From positions 96,001 through 160,000 of the forward strand of contig CBDDCA010000006.1 of the NCBI GenBank assembly GCA_965226055.1: 64,000 nucleotides of DNA, read 5' to 3'. Positions 10,162 through 21,041 of the stretch are shown piece after piece. This stretch comes from Spirochaetia bacterium. Lineage in GTDB: Bacteria > Spirochaetota > Spirochaetia > WTKD01 > G963693115. A program made the position numbers and the translations under genes. The notes under the pieces were generated by a model. That model was not told where the DNA came from, made no database searches, and saw nothing but the letters and a program-made list of their open reading frames with translations. Every line of letters begins with the position of its first letter. Positions within the stretch are counted from its first letter, which is position 1.

Positions 10162-10268
10162 ATCTCTACTATACCGTTTGTATTGTACTGTATGATATTC
10201 ATAAAAAGGAAAAATATACCCACCGTATATCATCCAATATATTACATACACACTACAATAAGTATACT

Positions 10269-11231
10269 ATGAAAAAAACAAAACATTCTTTACAAGAAGG
10301 AAAAGAACGCTTTGATGCATATTTCACTGCTCAATACCAAGAACGATGGGCTACTCTTTCAAAAGCCTTGTTACAAAAAAAATCTTACACTAGCATATAT
10401 AGCACACATAGGGATCACCTTTCCCTTTCTACCAATACACATACTGCTACTATGGAAAACTCCTCAGTATATCACCTCGATACAGCATCGTATATTGTTG
10501 CAGCTATTACAGCAGAATATATGTATACTCACACACTGCATTCACTCCTTGATATGTGTACCGCACCTGGAGGAAAGCTGTTAGCACTCTATACATATTT
10601 TTTACGTATCATACAAAACAAGCACCATACTATTGCTTCCACGCATAATAATAGCACAATACAACAAGAGATGTTCAATGACACACAGCAGGTACTTTCT
10701 ATTACTGCAAATGATAAATCACCTGTTAGACTTGCAAAAGCAAAAAAAACTATACAAGCATTTCTTAATGAAAAACAGATTGAACAATGTAGTTTTACCT
10801 GCAAAAATGCCGCTCTTTTTGGCAAACATGCAAAACGTAGCTATGAAGTTGTATTACTTGATACTCCATGTAGTAACGAACGTCATGTATATCAATCTAC
10901 AAATGAATTATCACGCTGGAATAAAAAACGGTGTACACGTATGGCTATGCAACAAAGAACCCTACTATGTGCTGCTATTGATGCTTGTGTATGGAATGGA
11001 ATTGTAGTATACATTACTTGTAGTCTCAGCAATGAAGAAAATGATGAGTTAATTGCACATATCAAGAAAAAGAGAAAGAGCATATGTATTACCCATAATA
11101 CCATTGCTCCTTCTATTATGCATAATTACCAGTGTGTCATTGAAAAAACTGACTTTGGTATACAAATACTCCCCGATACATCACATGGAGCAGGACCAAT
11201 GTACATGAGTATTCTGCAAGTACAAAAATAA
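10269..11231 (+). CDS. RsmB/NOP-family RNA m5C methyltransferase
   Basis: LDMCTAPGGK, LLDTPCS, VYITCS, ENDE motifs. Confidence 0.85.
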   Translation: MKKTKHSLQEGKERFDAYFTAQYQERWATLSKALLQKKSYTSIYSTHRDHLSLSTNTHTATMENSSVYHLDTASYIVAAITAEYMYTHTLHSLLDMCTAPGGKLLALYTYFLRIIQNKHHTIASTHNNSTIQQEMFNDTQQVLSITANDKSPVRLAKAKKTIQAFLNEKQIEQCSFTCKNAALFGKHAKRSYEVVLLDTPCSNERHVYQSTNELSRWNKKRCTRMAMQQRTLLCAAIDACVWNGIVVYITCSLSNEENDELIAHIKKKRKSICITHNTIAPSIMHNYQCVIEKTDFGIQILPDTSHGAGPMYMSILQVQK

Positions 11232-11243
11232 GAGATATAGCTT

Positions 11244-11327
11244 TGCCGGAGACCGGACTTGAACCGGTACAGCATCACTGCCGCAGGATTTTAAGTCCTG
11301 TGTGTCTACCAATTTCACCACTCCGGC
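11244..11327 (-). tRNA. tRNA-Leu (anticodon TAA)
   Basis: GCCGGAGTGGTGAAATTGGTAGACACACAGGACTTAAAATCCTG...GGTTCAAGTCCGGTCTCCGGCA; cloverleaf with long variable arm; CCA not encoded. Confidence 0.95.
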
Positions 11328-11392
11328 TATATCTTTTATTATCATACAATAAAATTACAAAAATGTTTTTACACAAATTTCCAGCCCACAAG

Positions 11393-11428
11393 TTCAAGGA
11401 CTAATTGCGACCTCAAAGGCTTCAGCAG
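11393..11428. repeat. 36-bp dispersed repeat, copy A
   Basis: TTCAAGGACTAATTGCGACctCAAAGGCTTcAGcAG, 32/36 identical to 54164-54199. Confidence 0.7.
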
Positions 11429-11461
11429 AAGATAAAAATAAAAAATGTTTTTACAATTTCA

Positions 11462-11491
11462 TTGACATTATATCGTTAGTTAGTATATACT
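11462..11491 (+). promoter_or_regulatory. Sigma70-type promoter
   Basis: TTGACA-N18-TATACT upstream of the 11560 ORF, which has RBS AAGGAG. Confidence 0.55.
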
Positions 11492-11559
11492 TAGTTAAAG
11501 AGAAATTGCCATGCTTATGGTGATACCTCTCATCATCAATTATTATATAAGGAGCTCTT

Positions 11560-12663
11560 ATGAAGAAAATACAATATATATGTATCTTTGTAGTACTACT
11601 TTTCCTCTATTCATGTGATAGCGGCAACACACCAGAAGAAGATAATTTTGCATTAGACTATTCTGATGTACAGTTATTTTATTCTGCTCTTAGCAAAGCA
11701 GAGAACATGCAAAATATAGGGAAGTATATGTACGAAGAATATGTACAAAAAGCAAGTCCAGGATTAAAAGATGGCTATGCTGTTATCAGAAAAGAAGATA
11801 TGTTTCCTGTAAAAAATGGAGTCATAGACTACTCTGTATACGAAAAAAAAATAAAGACACTCTTGCCCTATTTTAAGAAAAATAAAGATGTTTTTCTTAA
11901 TGCAAAACCTCTAAGCAGACTTCAAACAGACTATTTTAGAAAAAAAATGTGTGACTTTCTTGAAGCGACTCTCTGTGCACAATTTCTTGGCACACCGAAA
12001 GGAGTATATTATACTATCAGTGGGGCACTGAACATGGGAGGAACAGCTTTTACTAAAGGAGTATTTATTGACATATCTATGCAAAAACGAGATACTATTG
12101 ATTATACTGTTTTACCAAGTGCTGCACAACAATTTTCCACTTTTTGGGGCGAATCAAATATCCTCACTAACGAACATTTTGTAATACACGAATTTTTTCA
12201 TACATTTCAACTGATAGCGAACGGATCTCCTTCTCATCAACAAAGACCTACCATACTTGAAACCGCAATAAATGAAGGAGGAGCAGAGTTCTTTGCTTAT
12301 AGAGTGAGTCCTGACTTAACGTCATTACCACAAAGAGTAGCTCAAAAAACCTATATGGATAACAATAAGGGTAAGTATACCGAATTTTGGAATGACTATA
12401 ACACGCTCAAAACTGTTACAAAGGCAGAAGATTATAGCAAAATTACTCTTAAATGGTTTTTTAATCTTGCATCACCTGCAGTTATTGCAAAACAATATCC
12501 AGGTGATTTAGGATATTACATAGGATCTCAAATAGCAGATACATTTTACAGCGAAGAAATTGCTGCCAGTAAGAAGAAAGAAGATGTGTTAATGCAAATC
12601 ATAAAGCAAGAAATACCAGAAGCTCGTGTTCAAACTATACTCACTACACTTGCAGGGAGTTAA
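11560..12663 (+). CDS. Lipoprotein, zincin metallopeptidase-like (DUF2268/GldB-like)
   Basis: Lipobox LYSC; HEFFH...NEGGAE; PGDLGYYIG motif. Confidence 0.7.
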   Translation: MKKIQYICIFVVLLFLYSCDSGNTPEEDNFALDYSDVQLFYSALSKAENMQNIGKYMYEEYVQKASPGLKDGYAVIRKEDMFPVKNGVIDYSVYEKKIKTLLPYFKKNKDVFLNAKPLSRLQTDYFRKKMCDFLEATLCAQFLGTPKGVYYTISGALNMGGTAFTKGVFIDISMQKRDTIDYTVLPSAAQQFSTFWGESNILTNEHFVIHEFFHTFQLIANGSPSHQQRPTILETAINEGGAEFFAYRVSPDLTSLPQRVAQKTYMDNNKGKYTEFWNDYNTLKTVTKAEDYSKITLKWFFNLASPAVIAKQYPGDLGYYIGSQIADTFYSEEIAASKKKEDVLMQIIKQEIPEARVQTILTTLAGS

Positions 12664-12697
12664 AATTTTTATTGTATAACACAAGCATATAATAAGC

Positions 12698-12729
12698 AAA
12701 AAGGCATCATTTTTAATGATGCCTTTTTT
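12698..12729. terminator. Bidirectional terminator between convergent genes
   Basis: AAAAAGGCATCATT-TTT-AATGATGCCTTTTTT. Confidence 0.85.
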
Positions 12730-12812
12730 ATCTATTGTTTTAATACAGCTTAATACAATGTAATACATGCACGATACATTAGTGTTTTCTGACTATACAT
12801 GTATATGCACAA

Positions 12813-14078
12813 TTATTTTTCCTTAAAATGAGACATTTCCCTCAGTAATTTCAATTCTTGAGTATCAGATCTTTGATTAAAATCTTTTTGATGCACTATT
12901 GCTTCTACCCCAGTACTTAGCCCAAGCAAATTGATATACCCTGTTGCATGAGAACTATCGTATGTACCAGTATCGAAAGAGGCAATATCCTGACTATAGA
13001 GTGAATAATCTGATCGTCTCCCAATGACCTGCACCCCACCTTTATATACCACCAGCTTCACTTCTCCACTTGTGTACTTTGTTGCTGCTTGCATAAACCC
13101 ATCAATAGATTGTCTAAAATGGTTAAACCAACGACCAGCGTATATTTCTTCTGCATAATGCAATGACAATGTATTTTTAAGAAGGAGTGTGGCACGATCA
13201 AGAGTTATCATTTCTAGCTCCTTGAGAGCATGATACAAAATTGTTCCACCAGGCGTTTCGTATACACCACGACTTTTCATTCCTACTAAACGCGTTTCTA
13301 CTATATCTGCTCTCCCGATACCATGCTTTGCTCCTATATCATTCAATGCTTCTAAAATCGTATGTAGTGATGCTTCTTTCCCATTTATAGCTACGGGCTT
13401 TGATTGACTAAATCGTAGCTGTAGTACCTCTTCCTTATCAGGAGCCGAAGATGGTGCAGTAGAACGCATAAACATAGCCTCATTAGGACGATTCCATAAA
13501 TCTTCTAGTTCTGCCCCTTCATGGCTTATATGCCATACATTTTCATCTCTTGAATAAATGTTTTTTTTGCTAATAGTACCAATAGGGATATGTTTCTCTT
13601 GAGCATAACGGATAGCATCTTCACGAGAACGAATATTCCATATTCTCCATGGAGCTATTACAGGAAGATCAGGGGCAAGTGCTCTATATGCAAGTTCGAA
13701 TCGAATTTGATCATTTCCTTTTCCTGTACATCCATGAGCAAGTGCAGTAGCCCCGATGCTTCTAGCATACTCAACTTGACATTTTGCCTGTAAAGGACGA
13801 GCAATGGCAGTACCTAAAAGATACTTTCCTTCATAAATAGCCCCAGCTCGTAGCATTGGAAAGATATACTCTTCAACAAATGCTTCCTTAACATCTTTTA
13901 TAATTACTTCTTTTGCTCCAGAATCAATGCCTCTCTTTACAATAGCATCCCAATCCTCTTTTTGACCAACATTGACACAAATACCATATATTTCACTATT
14001 TGGGTACTGTTCTTTTATCCATGGAATAATTATTGAAGTATCTAATCCTCCAGAATACGCTAATACTATCTTCTTCAT
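12813..14078 (-). CDS. argG: Argininosuccinate synthase
   Basis: LAYSGGLDTS, HGCTGKGNDQ, SRGVYETPGG. Confidence 0.97.
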   Translation of the reverse strand: MKKIVLAYSGGLDTSIIIPWIKEQYPNSEIYGICVNVGQKEDWDAIVKRGIDSGAKEVIIKDVKEAFVEEYIFPMLRAGAIYEGKYLLGTAIARPLQAKCQVEYARSIGATALAHGCTGKGNDQIRFELAYRALAPDLPVIAPWRIWNIRSREDAIRYAQEKHIPIGTISKKNIYSRDENVWHISHEGAELEDLWNRPNEAMFMRSTAPSSAPDKEEVLQLRFSQSKPVAINGKEASLHTILEALNDIGAKHGIGRADIVETRLVGMKSRGVYETPGGTILYHALKELEMITLDRATLLLKNTLSLHYAEEIYAGRWFNHFRQSIDGFMQAATKYTSGEVKLVVYKGGVQVIGRRSDYSLYSQDIASFDTGTYDSSHATGYINLLGLSTGVEAIVHQKDFNQRSDTQELKLLREMSHFKEK

Positions 14079-14136
14079 ATATTCTCATTATAAAAAAAAT
14101 AACAATAATATGATATACCCATAGGTATATTGACAC

Positions 14137-14952
14137 TTAAAACCCTTGTGTCACCCCAGTAGTCCCTGAAGGTTCAAAACGCTTAGTCGTAGTATATGGC
14201 ACCAAAAGCTCATTTATATCTCCTTCTATTGCACTTATAAACCAACTACTATTTACAAAATTAAAATATATGATCAACTCTACACGCGATTCAAAATCAG
14301 GAAACTGAGCTATTACTCGTATATTTGTATAACGTCTATCCTGTTGAGCATTGATAAGTTTCCCTACCCGATACCCTGTAATATATTCTCCATAGTCTTG
14401 TGAAAATGCAACTTGTCGAATAATGACTGGAATTTCTTCAGTCAACACATATTTTCCTATGTTAGTATCTATATTTCCATTACTAATATCAGTAAAAAAC
14501 GATTTTATAAGGACTAATATATCTTCGGTACTGCCGCCATTTGTTCTTATATCTTCCAATGTGCCAGACAGTGTATCATAAGGAACAAAAAAAGAGGATG
14601 TGTATCCAACAAGAGCATTTTTTTGTAACAAAGATATGTATTCTTCCTCTTGTTGACTTACCTCACGCATATCTACCCCTTTCTGTCCCACCCGAATAGT
14701 AGCCCAATTAAGAATAGTCTCATAATCTTTAGGAAACCCTTGTTCTACAGTGTTAGTGCTATTTTCCTCTCCCTCTCCAGCATCACTATTGCTTGTATCT
14801 GTAGCATCTGCCTCAGTAGCACCGTTTTGTACACCATCCTCAGTAATAACATTCCCTGTGTTCTCTGACTCTTCTTTCTGAGAACATGCAGAAAACATAA
14901 ATATGACAACACAAAGCAACATTACTATAGTGCCAACATTACTTTTTTTCAT
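14137..14952 (-). CDS. Hypothetical lipoprotein
   Basis: Likely start MKKSNVGT...FSAC (lipobox), followed by an acidic tether. Confidence 0.65.
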   Translation of the reverse strand: MKKSNVGTIVMLLCVVIFMFSACSQKEESENTGNVITEDGVQNGATEADATDTSNSDAGEGEENSTNTVEQGFPKDYETILNWATIRVGQKGVDMREVSQQEEEYISLLQKNALVGYTSSFFVPYDTLSGTLEDIRTNGGSTEDILVLIKSFFTDISNGNIDTNIGKYVLTEEIPVIIRQVAFSQDYGEYITGYRVGKLINAQQDRRYTNIRVIAQFPDFESRVELIIYFNFVNSSWFISAIEGDINELLVPYTTTKRFEPSGTTGVTQGF

Positions 14953-15154
14953 TGCATTAGAACCCCGTAGCCTTTTCATTTTTTTAGTACTCATGATAGA
15001 TATATAGTGAGATATGTATTCATTCTTTTCTTTTTCTATTGTAGCATATTGTATCAGAAAAGAAGCATATATTTTATACAATATACCTTGTTTTTTGTTT
15101 TTTTTCTAATAATATTCTATGATATAATTAAAAGGGTATTTTATACTTTTACAT

Positions 15155-17311
15155 ATGAAAACAGTAACTTCAAGACTATATATCCTATTTCTCCTGCTCT
15201 TTATTGTATTTACTGCTTCACATACATTGTATGCAGAAATATCTACTGGTACAGTTTTATTTTATTCTGATCACGATAGCGAAACTTCCACTACCAAAAT
15301 TCTCAACAGAGATGAAGAGCCGTTGCCACTATTATCTGGATTAGCTATTTTCCCTGGAGACACTCTTGAAAGCTCAGAAGAATCATTAGTAATCCTTGTT
15401 AGACAAAAAACATTAGTGATTGAAGTGGCTCCCTTTAGTTTACTACGATTTGGCATAAAAAATATCACAAGCAGAGACATAGTCATACAGATATTAGTAG
15501 AACGAGGATCTATCAACATTACAACACATACCAGTGAGAGTCTTCCACAAATACTCCATAACATACAATTTCCAGTACAGGTACTACGTAATGATGATAG
15601 AGAAGATACTCCACAAGGATTAGGAAACATATATGTTCATATTATCAGTGATGAATCAGAAGTAATCACAAGAAACATCAGCCCATCACAAGGTATTTTT
15701 ATTACAAAATCAGGAGTAGACATAGAAGAAATCATAAACACATTCAATCTTATCGAAAGACGCATTGCTCCCAACAAAGACTTTTTAGTGCGTCCAAAAC
15801 ACAGCTATACAACAAACATACATACAAAGTTACAGTTTATGCTTTTGTTTCCCGAATTAGGAAAGACACAGCATGTGGCAAGCACCATTTTTATGGATAT
15901 ACAATATAAAAAATTTCATACCACTCTCCGATTGCCTCTCATATTTACAAAAGAAAACAGAATATACTCACCATTTGGAGAAAACGATTACTTAAGTACC
16001 TTTCAAATAGATAATACAAAATATAGAGACCAAGCATCCAGCTCTGAGAAATTGGGACTGCGTTTTGAACATTTTGTATCAACCGTTTTAACTAAAATTA
16101 CTTCCTTGACATTAGCTACCCCAGAAGATAGCTTTTATTTATACTATGGAGATCAACATAATTGGAAAAATAACTTTAATACACTTACCAGTACTCAAAA
16201 AACAAACTCTCTCCTTGTTCATCACTACAACCCTGTAAACAGCTTTAAGAATAACTTAAACAAAGAACTCATAGTAGATTTTAATTTCTTTTATTTCGGA
16301 AATTCAACCCGTATACGCCATTTTCAAGCTCCGTCAATATTGGACACATGGCTTACTCGTATGGATCTTTTTTATAATAGAATCTGGGTAAAACCAGTTC
16401 CTACCAGCTACCCACTAGAAATTGGATTTACCGCTGCTATTGATGGACATACTAATAAATTTAGCAAGTATCATACCGCTCTCAACTCTCTCAGCGAAAA
16501 AACCAATACTCAAAACTATTTCTTCTATGGCTTTGATCTTACTCTCCCTATTGTATTAACAACAGTGTTTGTAGTAAACAGTAGTCTAGAATTTGGACAA
16601 CTCATACCAAGCGTAGGAAATCAATACATATATACTGCAGAAATTACCAATTATGGATCAAAAGCAGGACTCGATATTATCTTCCTTAATGGAGAAGATA
16701 CCTTTACTTTTGGGTTTTCTACAAATGCCTATTATACAAAAGGATTTTTTCAACCACATTTATGGTTTGCAGGATACGAGTACAGTATCCGTTCCAGAAT
16801 GAATACTGCCATTGCACATCTAAACGCAGATACAGGAAACCAACGTTTTCTCACTCCTATATTCACTCCTGAAGTAGAAATATTTTTAGAAATAAATAAT
16901 TCATATGAGCTAGCAATAGGAGTAACATATCCAATATCCATTGATAGAGCATATAAACCCGTAGATATTTTTGTAGCTCCACTTTTATACTTAGAAACGA
17001 GCTTTACATTAACAAAAATAGCAGGAACTATAGATGTAGGATTTTCTCTAAATTATTACAACACATTTTTAGATTTAGACAATTTTGGAAACAACATAGC
17101 AAAAAAAGGAATAATAGGAGAACTATTTGAACAATCTAATCTTGTTTTCAACTCTAAGGCATATGTTACCTTTTTTGATACCTACTTTATCAGTACTGGC
17201 ATATTCCTTGCTCCAAAATATGATGTATCTGAACTACAATTTATTGATAATGGAAGTCAATACAAACCAATACTCATCCCTTTTATTGATTTTTCTCTCT
17301 CATTAAATTAA
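15155..17311 (+). CDS. Exported hypothetical protein (FecR-like N-terminus, possible beta-barrel C-terminus)
   Basis: Signal peptide; GDTLES...LVERGSI FecR-like pattern; aromatic-rich alternating strands ending IDFSLSLN. Confidence 0.5.
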   Translation: MKTVTSRLYILFLLLFIVFTASHTLYAEISTGTVLFYSDHDSETSTTKILNRDEEPLPLLSGLAIFPGDTLESSEESLVILVRQKTLVIEVAPFSLLRFGIKNITSRDIVIQILVERGSINITTHTSESLPQILHNIQFPVQVLRNDDREDTPQGLGNIYVHIISDESEVITRNISPSQGIFITKSGVDIEEIINTFNLIERRIAPNKDFLVRPKHSYTTNIHTKLQFMLLFPELGKTQHVASTIFMDIQYKKFHTTLRLPLIFTKENRIYSPFGENDYLSTFQIDNTKYRDQASSSEKLGLRFEHFVSTVLTKITSLTLATPEDSFYLYYGDQHNWKNNFNTLTSTQKTNSLLVHHYNPVNSFKNNLNKELIVDFNFFYFGNSTRIRHFQAPSILDTWLTRMDLFYNRIWVKPVPTSYPLEIGFTAAIDGHTNKFSKYHTALNSLSEKTNTQNYFFYGFDLTLPIVLTTVFVVNSSLEFGQLIPSVGNQYIYTAEITNYGSKAGLDIIFLNGEDTFTFGFSTNAYYTKGFFQPHLWFAGYEYSIRSRMNTAIAHLNADTGNQRFLTPIFTPEVEIFLEINNSYELAIGVTYPISIDRAYKPVDIFVAPLLYLETSFTLTKIAGTIDVGFSLNYYNTFLDLDNFGNNIAKKGIIGELFEQSNLVFNSKAYVTFFDTYFISTGIFLAPKYDVSELQFIDNGSQYKPILIPFIDFSLSLN

Positions 17312-17356
17312 AAATAATTATTCTAATAAATTCTTATATCGCCTATAATATACAGT

Positions 17357-19294
17357 ATGGCATCTATAAAAATACTTGAAGATATTGTCATTAGACAAAT
17401 TGCGGCTGGAGAAGTCATTGAAAGGCCTGCATCAGCATTACGTGAACTTATTGATAATAGTATAGATGCTCATGCAAAAAAAATAAATGTGTATTGCAAA
17501 AACGGAGGACTTGATTTCCTTAGTATAGAAGATGATGGTGATGGCATTCTAAAGGATGATCTTCCTTTATGTTGTATATCCCATGCAACCTCAAAAATAA
17601 CACACAGTAATGACTTATTTGCAATACATAGTATGGGATTTCGTGGTGAAGCACTTGCAAGTCTCAGTTCAATAGCTCGCGTTACTATTACCTCTGCTAC
17701 AGACAACAATAAAGCCTATACAATTACAGTGAACGAAGAAAAACAATCTGAAGTACAACCTGCTTCTCGTACAAAAGGAACAAGTATTCAAGTTGAAAAT
17801 ATGTTTTATTCTGTCCCTGCAAGAAAAAAATTTCTTTCTGGAGCACATACCGAAGAACAATTACTAAAAACTACCTTGCTTAAAAAAGCTGCCAGCTTTC
17901 CTACTATCTCTTTTAGCTTTAATAGTAGCACCAATACCAACAAAAAGCCTCCTTTATTTCTGCCTGCAGAAGATCCTTTTTCTCGCAGTATCCGTATTTG
18001 TTCTAAAAGCAGTATAGAACATTTTTTGTGGCAAGATACTGTATACAATGAAGATTTTTCACTCAGCTGTGCTTTAGGATTACCTGAAATAGCACAAAGA
18101 ACAAGAAAAAATATACATATTTACATCAACAATCGCCCTATAAAAGATTTTGCTATTATGCAAGCAGTAGAGTTCTCATATAGAAATATTCTACATGGAG
18201 GATTGTTTCCTCAAGCCGTCCTGTTTCTTACTATTCCCCCTCAAAAAATTGATATAAACATACACCCTACAAAGTCAGAAGTAAAATTATTGGAAATTGA
18301 TCGCATAAGAAAACTCATAATTTCTACTCTTGACAAAAAATTACAAGCACTTAACAGTACTACCCCAGTCTTAGAACAAAAACATTTTAATACTCTGTTT
18401 GAACCTGAACCTCACGCTACTCCACAAGCCAATGAAACACAAAAAATTCCCTCACAAACCATACATAATCGTAATATCAATACAGAAAAAAACACTACAA
18501 ACAAAACGCCTCTTTCTTTTACAAAAGATAATAGTATACAGAAAACACATATAACTGAAACACAGAATACTCCGCAAGATACCCCCCAAGATACTCCGAA
18601 CAAAAAAACAATACAGTACAAATACTCTCCCATACATGAACAAAAACAATCATTTGCATCAAAAACAGAACATTACACTACAACACAGAGTACACTAAAA
18701 GAAGCTGAACTTAAATCAATAGAAACAATACGGAGTACCAACAAAATTATTCGAAACAATTTCTCATATACTGGCACTGTATTTGATACCTACTTAGTAT
18801 TTGAGAAAGAAGAAACCCTCTTCTTTCTTGATTTTCATGCAGTACATGAACGGCTTATATTTGATAATCTCACAAAAGAAAAAAAGAAGATGGAACTTCT
18901 TATTCCTATTCCTCTTGAAATACCTAGAAGCAAAGAAAATAATGTGCAGCTCATAAAAGAATACAAAGAATACAATATCTTATTAGAAGATAACAATGAA
19001 ACTCTCTATTTACAAGCTATTCCTGCAAATTGTCCTATTAGTGCTGATAATGTAGCAAAAATTATAGAAGAATCAATACAAGGTACTACAAAACCACAAT
19101 CAATGACAGCCAGCATGTTTGCTCGTAAAGCATGTCGGTATGCAGTAAAAGCAGGCGGGATTGTTGACTTTGAGGCAGCATTTGAGCTACTGTTTTTTGC
19201 ATTAAAGTTACAAGAACCACGTTGTCCTCACGGAAGACCATTGTGGATAAACATGAAAAAAAACCAGCTAGATAGTCTTATAGGAAGAATATAG
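17357..19294 (+). CDS. mutL: DNA mismatch repair protein MutL
   Basis: IAAGEVIERP, GFRGEALAS, DFHAVHER, CPHGRP. Confidence 0.96.
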   Translation: MASIKILEDIVIRQIAAGEVIERPASALRELIDNSIDAHAKKINVYCKNGGLDFLSIEDDGDGILKDDLPLCCISHATSKITHSNDLFAIHSMGFRGEALASLSSIARVTITSATDNNKAYTITVNEEKQSEVQPASRTKGTSIQVENMFYSVPARKKFLSGAHTEEQLLKTTLLKKAASFPTISFSFNSSTNTNKKPPLFLPAEDPFSRSIRICSKSSIEHFLWQDTVYNEDFSLSCALGLPEIAQRTRKNIHIYINNRPIKDFAIMQAVEFSYRNILHGGLFPQAVLFLTIPPQKIDINIHPTKSEVKLLEIDRIRKLIISTLDKKLQALNSTTPVLEQKHFNTLFEPEPHATPQANETQKIPSQTIHNRNINTEKNTTNKTPLSFTKDNSIQKTHITETQNTPQDTPQDTPNKKTIQYKYSPIHEQKQSFASKTEHYTTTQSTLKEAELKSIETIRSTNKIIRNNFSYTGTVFDTYLVFEKEETLFFLDFHAVHERLIFDNLTKEKKKMELLIPIPLEIPRSKENNVQLIKEYKEYNILLEDNNETLYLQAIPANCPISADNVAKIIEESIQGTTKPQSMTASMFARKACRYAVKAGGIVDFEAAFELLFFALKLQEPRCPHGRPLWINMKKNQLDSLIGRI

Positions 19295-19303
19295 ACATAG
19301 CTA

Positions 19304-20014
19304 TTATTCTTCAATACCTAAAAAAGAATTTGGTTCACTTATACCTGAATTATTTTCCTTAATAATAGTGAGCTTTTCGTTTAATTCTTCTTCTAGTTGC
19401 TTTTTCTTGTTAAATTCTTCTTTGTCTATTTCTGAGCTTGGAAACACATTGTATGAGTCTAACAGAGCTATCATCTTTGGAACATTTTCATCTTGCTGTT
19501 CTTTGTCAGTATTATCAAGATATAACTGATAATCCTTTTTTGCACTCTTATAATTTTGTAATTGTATAGCAGCATTTGCTCTATTAAGATACGCAAGCGC
19601 AAAGCGTGGAGATCTTTGTATAAGCTCCCCAAAAGCATCATATGCTTTTTTATATTCTTGCTGTTGAATATACGCTACTGCAATATTAAATTTTACTTGG
19701 AAAATCTCATCACTCGTAATATTTGTCAAGCCTATTGATAAAAAATATTCATTGATAGCTTGTTCAATATTTCCTGACTTTTGTAGAGCATATGCATATT
19801 CTGCTCGGAGTAAACCTTCTGCAGGGTACACTGCAACTGCTTGTGCATAAAAAACACTCGCTTTACTATAGTTCTTTCCTACCATTTGCTCTCTTGCAAT
19901 AGACCACCAATACTCTTGCTGAGCATATACAGATATAGTGCCTATACATAGTCCCCATATGATACATATTATTCTACAGCACGCTACTATTTTCTTTTTT
20001 TTATCTATACACAT
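19304..20014 (-). CDS. Exported TPR protein
   Basis: Signal peptide plus TPR-like helices (AYLNRANA). Confidence 0.75.
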   Translation of the reverse strand: MCIDKKKKIVACCRIICIIWGLCIGTISVYAQQEYWWSIAREQMVGKNYSKASVFYAQAVAVYPAEGLLRAEYAYALQKSGNIEQAINEYFLSIGLTNITSDEIFQVKFNIAVAYIQQQEYKKAYDAFGELIQRSPRFALAYLNRANAAIQLQNYKSAKKDYQLYLDNTDKEQQDENVPKMIALLDSYNVFPSSEIDKEEFNKKKQLEEELNEKLTIIKENNSGISEPNSFLGIEE

Positions 20015-20918
20015 TTACAACATCCTCTATCGATTCTTCATAAATTAATGTATCTCTACGCATTTCAAGGGGAAATGGCCCTGCACTTACTGTTATTGCC
20101 CCTTCTAATCGATAATGCAAATATACTGAAAATTTTGGTTTTATATCCCCTATGATAGTATCAAAATCAGGAATAAAACTTATTCTTTTATTTGGTTCTA
20201 TTGTATATATCGTCCCATTTTCTCCCAACAATGAGATTAATTCTTTATGATCACTTGTCAATACATTTCCTGCAATATCGCTTTCTGGCAAAGGGTATAC
20301 TAACTGCATAAATAGATCTCTGATAGCACCATTTTCACCATTGAGAAACTGTGCTTCAAGAAGAGGGGCATATGTATTATTAGAAAATTGACGCCATTCT
20401 GGAAATATATTTGATGGAATTGGATCAGTTACAAAAGCATTGTTCTCTTCACTATACACAGCATTTGCATTCTGAGGATATTCATATGTAATAAAAAAAT
20501 TTCTTTCATCACGAAACCCTGAATAATCAAGTATTAAAACACGATATTCCCCTCGTGGCAACTTTTCGTACTGTTCAGACACTATGCTATTGATCGCTAT
20601 CCAATCAAGATTAGCTAAGGTCAGAATATCCCATTCATCTTGAGTGATGCGCCAATACCGTTCACTATCATCGTTAATAACATACAGCTCGTATATCTCA
20701 TCAAAGCCATCGTCATCATCTGCCAGAATGTGTAGAACAAGGCGTTCATATACATCTTGAGACGGATATTCCTTAAAAGACTGCAAATCCCACTGTAAAT
20801 CATAGATTACCGGATCGGCTCCACTACAGGATATGGTGAGAAAGCCATATATACAAGAGAAAAGTACTATTACATACTGCAATATGCTTTTTTTTACTCT
20901 ATATACTTGTTGTTCCAT
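20001..20918 (-). CDS. Hypothetical lipoprotein
   Basis: Lipobox-like ISC; RBS GGGAG; overlaps the downstream gene. Confidence 0.6.
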   Translation of the reverse strand: MEQQVYRVKKSILQYVIVLFSCIYGFLTISCSGADPVIYDLQWDLQSFKEYPSQDVYERLVLHILADDDDGFDEIYELYVINDDSERYWRITQDEWDILTLANLDWIAINSIVSEQYEKLPRGEYRVLILDYSGFRDERNFFITYEYPQNANAVYSEENNAFVTDPIPSNIFPEWRQFSNNTYAPLLEAQFLNGENGAIRDLFMQLVYPLPESDIAGNVLTSDHKELISLLGENGTIYTIEPNKRISFIPDFDTIIGDIKPKFSVYLHYRLEGAITVSAGPFPLEMRRDTLIYEESIEDVVNVYR

Positions 20919-21041
20919 ACTCCCTCATTAGTATATATTCCTTCTGTACATGTATCTGTAATAAAGATACAGTACTTTCACCTGCCTTGTGCCTTATTAG
21001 TACTTTATGTATTGGCGTAGAGTTATATAATTGTAACTGTT

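Noticed and set aside
11393-11411. Possible CRISPR repeat (ends in ATTGCGAC)
   Set aside because: Only two copies, 43 kb apart, with no spacer array or cas genes.
18569-18598. Short TPQD tandem repeat in mutL
   Set aside because: In-frame low-complexity sequence in the variable linker; nothing suggests a switch.
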